Assembly (NCBI GenBank): GCA_049322215.1
Contig: JBMORU010000001.1
Location: 772,023 to 836,022 of the forward strand
Reading direction: 5' to 3'
From: Patescibacteria group bacterium
GTDB taxonomy: Bacteria; Patescibacteriota; WWE3; UBA101185; UBA10185
Length of the DNA: 64,000 bases
In this document: piece by piece, positions 56,327 to 64,000 of the stretch
Layout of the letters: every line of letters starts with the position of its first letter
How positions within the stretch are numbered: position 1 is the stretch's first letter
Made by a program: the position numbers and the translations under genes
Notes under the pieces: model-generated
What the model was told of the DNA's origin: nothing
The model's input: the letters and a program-made list of their open reading frames with translations, nothing else
Database searches by the model: none

Positions 56327-58195
56327 ATGAATGAAGATAATAAGGTTGATGGGTTTTCGTTTAATCCACAACACGATTTAGTAGAGTTCTTAAAAGAAAA
56401 AGCACCTGAGGTATTTACCGAAGGAAAAATAGATGCAGATAAGTTAAACGCAACACTTGGAAATGTTGTATCTGTAGGTAGTGAGAAATATGGGCTAAAT
56501 TGGGCGGGAAAAAGCGACTGCTTTGCAGAAATTCAAAAAACTACAACAAATACTTTAAAGCCATTAAAAGATAAATCAATACGCTTTGACGAAACAGAAA
56601 ACATTTTTATTGAGGGTGAAAACCTAGAAGTTCTTAAAATATTGCAACGCTCTTATTTTAATAAAGTGAAAATGATTTATATTGACCCGCCTTATAACAC
56701 TGGGAGCGACAGCTTTATTTATGATGACAAGTTTAAGTCGAGCAAAGAATATTATGAGAAAGAGGCTGGTGTAAGGGATGGGAATGGAGATTTGAACAAA
56801 GACTCGCTATTTAGAAAAAATACAGCAGATTCTGGACGCTACCACTCTAATTGGTTGAATATGATGTATCCCCGCCTATTCCTGGCAAGAAACTTACTCC
56901 GCGAAGATGGGGTTATTTTTGTAAGTATAGATGGGTATGAGATGCACAATCTACGACTATTATTAGATGAAATTTTCGGAGAAGAGAACAAAGTAGGAGA
57001 ATTCATTTGGAAAAGCAAACACGGTGGAGGGGGTGACAACCCCTTTATGGTGCAAGAACATGAGTACATTCTTTTCTATGCCAAAAACATTAATGCACTT
57101 GAGCCTCTTTTTGTTACTCCTCCAGACAAGTATTTTGATATGTTCAGATACGAGGATTCTAAAGGTAAATATTATCTGGATAGACTAGATAAGAAGGGTA
57201 TAGACCAGAATCGACCCAACCTTATTTATCCAATTAAATGTCCAGATGGGACAACAAAAGATATCAGTCCCCAAATATGGCGATTGTCTGAAGAGGAATT
57301 TAATAAAAGGAAATCTGAGGGATTAGTAGAATTCAAGAAAGATAAAAACGGAGAATGGCAAATATATACAAAGACATATCTTAGGGACGAGGATGGAAAC
57401 AAGCGAAGAGTGAAACCTAGAAGTGTTCTAAAACAAGAAATTGTTGGATTTACACAAAATGGTAATAAGGAGATGGTAGAAATTTTCGGTACTAAGTTAT
57501 TTGATAATCCGAAGCCTGTATCACTAATTAAATTCTTTTCAGACATTGCACTTTATGACCATAAGGATGCCTTAACTTTAGATTTTTTTGCGGGTTCTGG
57601 TACTACCGCCCAAGCTGTAATGGAACTAAACAAAGAGGATGGGGGTAATAGAAAATTCATATTAGTACAGCTTCCTGAGTTAACAGAGGAAAAATCCGAA
57701 GCATACAAAGCAGGTTACAAAAACATTGCAGATATAACACTAGCCCGTATACAAAAAGTCTCAGAAAAGTTATCCAGGGAAGGTACAAAGACAGATTTGG
57801 GCGTTAAAACCTACAAACTGGACAAATCTAATTTCAAAATATGGCAGTCTGATAAAATCAAAGATGCAAAAGACCTGCAGCAGCAGATGCTTTCATTTAC
57901 TGATATCATCCAGCCTCACTCCACCAAAGAATCAATGCTCTACGAGATAATGTTGAAGTCAGGATACCCATTGACCTCAAAAGTTGAAAACAAAGGGAAA
58001 TACTACTCTATTGATAGTAATGCCGCTGTTATTTGTCTGGAAGAAAAGACTAATGGCGATATTGTAGAGGATGTTTTGAACCTACAACCCCAACTATTTA
58101 TCTGCTTAGATAGCGGATTTTCCAGAAACGACCAACTAAAAACAAATGCAAAGTTGCAATTTAAGGACAAAGGAATTGAATTTAAGGTTATATGA
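56327..58195 (+). CDS. mod: type III restriction-modification DNA adenine methyltransferase
   Basis: IEGENLEVLK, IYIDPPYNTG, HSNWLNMMYPRL, PKP..L, LDFFAGSGTT. Confidence 0.95.
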   Translation: MNEDNKVDGFSFNPQHDLVEFLKEKAPEVFTEGKIDADKLNATLGNVVSVGSEKYGLNWAGKSDCFAEIQKTTTNTLKPLKDKSIRFDETENIFIEGENLEVLKILQRSYFNKVKMIYIDPPYNTGSDSFIYDDKFKSSKEYYEKEAGVRDGNGDLNKDSLFRKNTADSGRYHSNWLNMMYPRLFLARNLLREDGVIFVSIDGYEMHNLRLLLDEIFGEENKVGEFIWKSKHGGGGDNPFMVQEHEYILFYAKNINALEPLFVTPPDKYFDMFRYEDSKGKYYLDRLDKKGIDQNRPNLIYPIKCPDGTTKDISPQIWRLSEEEFNKRKSEGLVEFKKDKNGEWQIYTKTYLRDEDGNKRRVKPRSVLKQEIVGFTQNGNKEMVEIFGTKLFDNPKPVSLIKFFSDIALYDHKDALTLDFFAGSGTTAQAVMELNKEDGGNRKFILVQLPELTEEKSEAYKAGYKNIADITLARIQKVSEKLSREGTKTDLGVKTYKLDKSNFKIWQSDKIKDAKDLQQQMLSFTDIIQPHSTKESMLYEIMLKSGYPLTSKVENKGKYYSIDSNAAVICLEEKTNGDIVEDVLNLQPQLFICLDSGFSRNDQLKTNAKLQFKDKGIEFKVI

Positions 58196-59793
58196 AAATA
58201 GAAAAGGTAACTATCAAGAATTTCAAATCAATCCAATACCAAGAAATTGATTTATATAACTACAATGTCTTTGTTGGCGAAAATAATTCTGGCAAATCCA
58301 ATTTTATTGCCGCCTTGAGAGCTTTCTATGACGAATACAAGCCCACTACAGAAGACTTTTGTATACATGCAACAGATAACGAGATGTATATAGAACTCAA
58401 ATTTGATTTGATTGGAGACGATATCACTAAAGCATTTTTTGAGGAAAAGAAAGGTAGCAAATACCTTTTAGAAGATGACAAGCTAGTGGTAAGAAGGGAT
58501 TATGTAAAAGATTCCTCAGGTTTGTTACAAGACAACAGTTATCATGGGTTTTTGCAGGAAGAACAGGCTTTTGATACCGACAACCAATTTTTTGGTACTA
58601 GAAGAGTCTCCAAGAGCATGCTCGGAGAAATTATATATATCCCCCCATTAACAGAAATTGGGGAGGCGTTAAAGACCTCAAGTAAATACAGTACCATAAT
58701 GAAACTTGTTAATAAGATTGTACAGCCTAAGTTAAAAGACAATAAAAATCTCCAAATAATAAACAATGAGATACAGCAGCTAAATGAAACATCTCCCTTT
58801 GAAGAAATAGAACAAAACATCAACACCTACATGCTAAGCTATTCCTGTGAAGTACAAATGTCCTTTGACAGTTTGAGTGTAGACAACATCTTTTCTAATA
58901 TATTTATGTCTGTAAAGGACTCAGAAACGGATTTCTTGCCTGTTGCCAACAAGGGAATGGGATTGCAAAGAGCATTGCTCATGAGCTTGTTGAAATATTG
59001 GGCTGCTGTAGAGAAAGAATCTAAACCCGACACTCCCACACAACCCCCGTCACTTTTAATAGTTGAAGAACCTGAAGTGCATCAACACCCGCAAAAGCAG
59101 TCCATGTTGTTCGACGAGTTGAAGAACATCGCCAAAGACTCCAACCAGGTTTTTATAACAACCCATTCTTCAAATTTTGTTAGCGAAGCGGACGATGACC
59201 TAAGATATGTTTTTAGAACAATGAAAAATGTCAACGATTGTACGGAATATTTACAAGTAAAAGAAGAGACAATAGATAAGTCGAAAGAAGCTGACAGGTT
59301 TAAGTTTTGGAAATATCTAGATGCTGAAAAGAATAAAATCTTTTTCTCAAATAAGACTGTGCTTTGTGAAGGTAATACAGAAAGATTACTTGCTAACTAC
59401 ATAATAAAGTCTGATGCCTATGTAGATGATTTTGGCACACAATCCGCAGTTACACTGATAGATTGTTGTGGAAAATACAATTTAGTGCATTTTATTCGCA
59501 TATGTGAGGATTTACATATCAATTACTCAATATTTTATGACCTTGATACCAACAAAAAAGATAAGAAACAACTAAATGAGGATGTTAATGAAGCTATTAA
59601 GAATTTATTAGATTCTGCTCAGTATCTAGTATCGAAACATGTGTGTGACGATAACCTAGATATATCTTTGTTCCAGGAAAACATAAGCAACGACCAAAAG
59701 ATGAATATCATAGAGAGAATTGAGGAAGGCAATTATGATACTGAAGTTTACGATAAATTGAAGTCATGCATAAAGGAGCTAGTGGAAGCATGA
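58192..59793 (+). CDS. OLD-family ABC-ATPase/TOPRIM nuclease (GajA/PARIS-like)
   Basis: Walker A GENNSGKS, GMGLQR signature, LLIVEEPE.HQHP, TTHS H-loop, TOPRIM VLCEG.TE and YDLD. Confidence 0.88.
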   Translation: MKIEKVTIKNFKSIQYQEIDLYNYNVFVGENNSGKSNFIAALRAFYDEYKPTTEDFCIHATDNEMYIELKFDLIGDDITKAFFEEKKGSKYLLEDDKLVVRRDYVKDSSGLLQDNSYHGFLQEEQAFDTDNQFFGTRRVSKSMLGEIIYIPPLTEIGEALKTSSKYSTIMKLVNKIVQPKLKDNKNLQIINNEIQQLNETSPFEEIEQNINTYMLSYSCEVQMSFDSLSVDNIFSNIFMSVKDSETDFLPVANKGMGLQRALLMSLLKYWAAVEKESKPDTPTQPPSLLIVEEPEVHQHPQKQSMLFDELKNIAKDSNQVFITTHSSNFVSEADDDLRYVFRTMKNVNDCTEYLQVKEETIDKSKEADRFKFWKYLDAEKNKIFFSNKTVLCEGNTERLLANYIIKSDAYVDDFGTQSAVTLIDCCGKYNLVHFIRICEDLHINYSIFYDLDTNKKDKKQLNEDVNEAIKNLLDSAQYLVSKHVCDDNLDISLFQENISNDQKMNIIERIEEGNYDTEVYDKLKSCIKELVEA

Positions 59794-62507
59794 AACTAAA
59801 ATTTGACGCGAATCAAGAATACCAACTAAAAGCCATAGAATCTGTAGTTAACATATTCGAAGGACAACCATTAGCACAATCAGATTTTGAATTTTCAATT
59901 TCCACAGCTGCAGGAAGCTTGAGATTAACTGAAAATGGCATTGGTAATCAGTTATTACTTCCCCAAGATAAACTAATAGAGAATTTGCACCGCATACAAG
60001 AACTAAATAATTTACCAAAATCCGAAACAGAGCTTGTTGGTGGGGTTGGTCATGATTTAGTGGGAAGTGCCTTGGTTGGAGACACACACCACACAAAGGT
60101 ATTAAAAGAAGGCAGTAACTTTGCTATTGAAATGGAAACAGGAACAGGAAAAACCTATGTTTATCTACGAACAATTTATGAACTTAATCAAAAATATGGC
60201 TTTAAGAAATTCATAATAGTTGTGCCAAGCGTAGCAATCCGACAAGGTGTAATAAAAAACATTGAAATAACAAAGGAGCATTTCGATTCAATTTATGGCA
60301 AAGTTCCCGTTACAGCATCGGTTTATAACTCTAAAGATTTAGGAAAAATCCGTAGCTTTGCAACTAATAACAACTTGCAAATTTTGATACTAAATATAGA
60401 TTCATTTAATAAAGACATAAACAAAATTAACAACCCTCAAGATAAACTTTCAGGTAAACGCCCAATGGAATTTATCGCATCTACAAAACCAATTGTGATT
60501 GTTGATGAACCGCAAAACATGGAAACAAAGACTGCAAAGGATGCTATATCGATGCTAAACCCATTGTGTACGCTGAGATATTCGGCAACACATAGAAACA
60601 CTTATAACCTTGTATATAAACTCACCCCAGTCGATGCCTACGAGATGAACTTGGTTAAAAAGATAGAAGTAGATTCCGTTTTAACAGAAAATAACTTTAA
60701 TCAAGCCTATGTTGAACTTATATCTATAGATAACACTTCTAAAAATAAAATTGAGGCAAAAATAAAAATACTTGTGCAGGAAAAATCTGGCACCGCTACA
60801 AAACAGATTAAGGTAACAAGAGGTGACGATTTGTTTGAAAAGTCTGGTGGTGTTGAGGTATATCGTGAGGGCTATGTTGTGGACTCTCTTGACCGTCTAA
60901 ACCAGGAAATCGAATTTACAGGAGGTACAATTTTATCTGTGGGTAAAAGTATAGGAGACTTTTCCGAAGACATAATGAAAGTTCAGGTGCGGGAAACCAT
61001 CAAAGAACATTTAGAAAAGGAATTGATACTTAAAGAAAAGGGCATCAAAGTTCTATCTCTGTTTTTTATTGACCGTGTTGATAATTACCGAAAGTATGAA
61101 GACGGGATCTCCGTGAAAGGCAAACTAGCCATATGGTTTGAGGAAATATACGAGGAGTTGATTAAAATGCCTAAATACAATGTAATGGAACACCCCACCG
61201 CTGAAAAAGTACATAATGGCTACTTCTCTAAAGACAGAAAGGGCTTGTGGACTGATACACAGGGAGAAAGCCTTAAGGATATAGACACATACAAACTAAT
61301 CATGAGGGACAAAGAACGGTTACTGTCTATAGATGAGCCTCTTAAATTCATATTTTCACATTCAGCTTTAAGAGAAGGTTGGGATAATCCCAATGTTTTT
61401 CAAATCTGCACACTAAATGAGACTAGGTCGGAACTTAAAAAACGCCAAGAGATAGGGAGGGGTTTAAGAATTCCTGTAAACCAAAATGGAGAACGAGTTT
61501 TTGAAAATAATCTTAATATATTAACAGTTGTTGCAAATGAAAGTTACGAATCTTTTGCAAAATCTTTGCAGACAGAGATTGAACAAGACTTTGGTGTTGA
61601 ATTTAAAAATAAAATAAAAAACAAGAAAGAAAGAACAAGAGTAAAACTCAGAAAAGAATACAAACTTGATGAAAATTTTCTTGCTCTTTGGGAGAGAATT
61701 AAACACAGAACAAGGTATCAGGTAAATTTTGATACCGAGAAACTTATTCAAGATGCTGCAGCTGCAATTAACCAGATGGGAAAAACTCAAGAGGCAAAGA
61801 TTTTAACCAGCAAAGCTAAGGTTAAAATTGATGAAGAAGGAGTATCTTCACTTGTTCTAAGAGAAAAATCAGATGTAGTTTATTCTGCAATTTCTTATGT
61901 ACCAGATATTCTTGGGTATGTTCAGAGCCGCACGGGTTTAACACGTAGTACAATTGCGACTATTTTGGAGAAGTCTGAAAGACTGGATGACTTTTTAATA
62001 AACCCCCAGCTGTTCTTGGATGATGTCACCAAAATAATAAATAAAGTACTTGGTAAGCTTTCCGTTGATGGAATTAAATACGAAAAAATCTCCGGCGAGG
62101 AATACAAAATGGTGCTATTTGAATCTGAAGAGATTGAGTCATACTTGAAGAATATGTATAAAGTTCAAAATGAAGGAAAAACTTTATACGACCATGTCAT
62201 CTGGGACTCTGAAGTAGAAAATAAGTTTGCCCAAGAGTTGGATAGCAGAGAAGACATATCTTTTTACATTAAACTTCCTGCGTGGTTTAAAATAGATACG
62301 CCTGTAGGTACATATAACCCCGATTGGGCATTAGTATTTGAAGGTGATAAAAAGCTGTATTTTGTAGCAGAAACTAAGTCCGAAAATGAGGAATTGCGCG
62401 AAACCGAACAACTAAAGATTGAGTGCGGAAAACGCCATTTTGACAACTTTGATGGGATTGTTTTCAAAGCGCCTGTAAGTAAAGTTAGAGATGTAGTAGA
62501 AGAATAA
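59790..62507 (+). CDS. res: type III restriction endonuclease subunit
   Basis: EMETGTGKT, IVDEPQ, LRYSATH, ALREGWDNPNVFQIC, QEIGRGLR, YNPDW..FVAETK; ATGA overlap puts start at 59790. Confidence 0.95.
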   Translation: MKLKFDANQEYQLKAIESVVNIFEGQPLAQSDFEFSISTAAGSLRLTENGIGNQLLLPQDKLIENLHRIQELNNLPKSETELVGGVGHDLVGSALVGDTHHTKVLKEGSNFAIEMETGTGKTYVYLRTIYELNQKYGFKKFIIVVPSVAIRQGVIKNIEITKEHFDSIYGKVPVTASVYNSKDLGKIRSFATNNNLQILILNIDSFNKDINKINNPQDKLSGKRPMEFIASTKPIVIVDEPQNMETKTAKDAISMLNPLCTLRYSATHRNTYNLVYKLTPVDAYEMNLVKKIEVDSVLTENNFNQAYVELISIDNTSKNKIEAKIKILVQEKSGTATKQIKVTRGDDLFEKSGGVEVYREGYVVDSLDRLNQEIEFTGGTILSVGKSIGDFSEDIMKVQVRETIKEHLEKELILKEKGIKVLSLFFIDRVDNYRKYEDGISVKGKLAIWFEEIYEELIKMPKYNVMEHPTAEKVHNGYFSKDRKGLWTDTQGESLKDIDTYKLIMRDKERLLSIDEPLKFIFSHSALREGWDNPNVFQICTLNETRSELKKRQEIGRGLRIPVNQNGERVFENNLNILTVVANESYESFAKSLQTEIEQDFGVEFKNKIKNKKERTRVKLRKEYKLDENFLALWERIKHRTRYQVNFDTEKLIQDAAAAINQMGKTQEAKILTSKAKVKIDEEGVSSLVLREKSDVVYSAISYVPDILGYVQSRTGLTRSTIATILEKSERLDDFLINPQLFLDDVTKIINKVLGKLSVDGIKYEKISGEEYKMVLFESEEIESYLKNMYKVQNEGKTLYDHVIWDSEVENKFAQELDSREDISFYIKLPAWFKIDTPVGTYNPDWALVFEGDKKLYFVAETKSENEELRETEQLKIECGKRHFDNFDGIVFKAPVSKVRDVVEE

Positions 62508-62613
62508 TTAGAACTGTTATGTAAACTCTATATGAAGGTTTTAATCTCTACACTATGCGCAACCCCCTGAAGACCACACATATAGAATAATATCCAAAAC
62601 ATTAGCTTTCCCC

Positions 62614-62628
62614 AAAATACGTCAACTA
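62614..62628. repeat. 15 bp direct repeat, right copy
   Basis: aaaatacgtcaacta also at 56129-56143. Confidence 0.6.
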
Positions 62629-62647
62629 CTTTTGATACAATAAATAT

Positions 62648-62812
62648 ATGCATAAAACAGCAAAAATTACTTTAATTATCATAGGAGTTCTATTATTTAT
62701 GAATGGAATTCTAAACATTATCGATGATACAAAAATATTAACCTACGATATCGCTTCTATTTTGTCAGGAATCGGATTTATCATTGTAAGTTTTTCAAAA
62801 AAAAATAACTAG
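62648..62812 (+). CDS. 54 aa two-TM small protein (absent from ORF track)
   Basis: TGaTACAAT 6 nt before ATG; MHKTAKITLIIIGVLLFMNGILNIIDDTKILTYDIASILSGIGFIIVSFSKKNN. Confidence 0.6.
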   Translation: MHKTAKITLIIIGVLLFMNGILNIIDDTKILTYDIASILSGIGFIIVSFSKKNN

Positions 62813-62814
62813 CA

Positions 62815-63303
62815 TCACGTATTCCAATGAATCCCAACCCTAGTTAGCAAGTACTTAAACAATGCCCATGGGTGTAGTAATCCTTTTAGCCAAAATGACA
62901 CTGCATAACCATACATCTCCTTTTTAATAATACTTTCCTCGTTATTCAACGCATCTTTTATATAAATCGAAATATGCGGTGAAATCATATTAGGTAAATT
63001 TTTCACTTCAAACTGTTCAATAGCTTTACTTTCGTTTGATAAAGTTTTCTCACCACTTATAATCTCGCAAATGAAAGTGTGGTTAATTTTACTTTTCTGT
63101 GAATAAAAATACTCACCAACTTTTTTTACTAATAAAACATTAAACCCTGTTTCTTCAAACACTTCGCGCACCACTGCCTGCTCAGGTGTTTCACCAGTTT
63201 CAATACGACCGCCGGGTAATACCCATATAGGAATATCCCGTCTTTTTACTAATAAAACCTTTTTGCTTTTTTCAAAAAATATAATCCCAAAGCTTCCATC
63301 CAT
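62815..63303 (-). CDS. NUDIX hydrolase
   Basis: WVLPGGRIETGETPEQAVVREVFEETG; ATG 63303 follows TATAAT. Confidence 0.9.
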   Translation of the reverse strand: MDGSFGIIFFEKSKKVLLVKRRDIPIWVLPGGRIETGETPEQAVVREVFEETGFNVLLVKKVGEYFYSQKSKINHTFICEIISGEKTLSNESKAIEQFEVKNLPNMISPHISIYIKDALNNEESIIKKEMYGYAVSFWLKGLLHPWALFKYLLTRVGIHWNT

Positions 63304-63371
63304 ATATAAATTATATCTCAATGACTAACACTGTTGTGCACCCACATACTCGCCAAAGCATCTTTTATAAA

Positions 63372-63956
63372 TTAACTCCTTGGTAACAACTTAGAATCTT
63401 CGATAATAGGTTTAAACTCTTCCCAAATTTCAGCGGGTAACTTAGATAATGATATTTTTTTGTCCTTATTAGGAACTAAAACTTCCCAAGTCATACCTTC
63501 TTCGCGCCAAGTTATACCGTTATCGAGGTAAATATTTATAACTGGGATAAGTTTTTCTGTAGCATTAACAAACCTGGCTTCAGCGTCAGCCTTTTCATTA
63601 TAGTCATGCAACAAAGTTACTAATTCTTTAAAGTTTGGAAATTGCTCACTAATTTGAGTAATTGCTTTTTTTTCAGCTTCATCCTTTTCTTTTTTTATTT
63701 TTTCGTTTATTTCAAAGTAATAGTCTCCCGTGATTGCCTCTGGTAAATCATGAACAATAGCGTATTTCAAAACTTTAGTTAAATCTAAATTTAAATTGTA
63801 TTCTGAAACTAAAAACCAACAGGTTAAAGCAACTTGAAAACTGTGTTCGGCGTCGTTTTCTTTGCGATTTTCACCTACGACACGAATCATTCTTTTTGTT
63901 TGCTGAAACTGATTACAAAATTTTGTAAATTCTAAAAGGGTTTCAATTTTACTCAT
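63372..63956 (-). CDS. HD-domain phosphohydrolase (YfbR/HDDC2-like)
   Basis: ENDAEHS, VHDLPEA.TGD, EA.FV. Confidence 0.88.
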   Translation of the reverse strand: MSKIETLLEFTKFCNQFQQTKRMIRVVGENRKENDAEHSFQVALTCWFLVSEYNLNLDLTKVLKYAIVHDLPEAITGDYYFEINEKIKKEKDEAEKKAITQISEQFPNFKELVTLLHDYNEKADAEARFVNATEKLIPVINIYLDNGITWREEGMTWEVLVPNKDKKISLSKLPAEIWEEFKPIIEDSKLLPRS

Positions 63957-64000
63957 GAGTATAGTTTAACAGAACTGCCACCTTAAGTAACCATTGCATA

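Noticed and set aside
56327-58195. Phase-variable mod (phasevarion)
   Set aside because: No simple sequence repeat tract seen in or upstream of mod.
1-64000. Alternative genetic code (TGA=Gly, as in Gracilibacteria/Absconditabacteria)
   Set aside because: Long conserved genes are intact under code 11, and TGA ends genes at expected positions (mod, the ABC ATPase, rsmI).

Overview
AT-rich, gene-dense bacterial DNA using the standard genetic code (TGA acts as a stop). Gene content and near-leaderless housekeeping genes suggest a CPR/Patescibacteria genome, possibly WWE3/Microgenomates-like (inference; no marker gene analysed). The window holds housekeeping genes (galU, metG, ndh, rsmI, pyrG, dus, acyP, dgkA, a HelD-like helicase, a MacAB-like exporter), 7 tRNAs and two hydrolase + GT2 synthase + membrane-protein operons (one with GH81, one with GH8). 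It also has a sortase beside a surface protein with an internal LPXTG, and a defence island after tRNA-Gln in which an OLD/TOPRIM ATPase-nuclease lies between type III mod and res. The most striking structure is a set of small orphan genes built as self-contained units (sigma70 promoter, AAGGAG Shine-Dalgarno, ORF, long-stem terminator). Many share a 10-12 bp promoter motif (RCTATRGG..), and seven at 39.4-44.6 kb form a paralog family, six of them carrying W-x2-H-x3/4-C-x2-C, which resembles the zinc anti-sigma (ZAS) motif. Candidate RNAs are an attenuator-like leader (49.05-49.26 kb), a ~60 nt sRNA in the defence island and a tRNA-Gly acceptor-stem mimic. No database searches or folding programs were run; calls come from reading motifs by eye.
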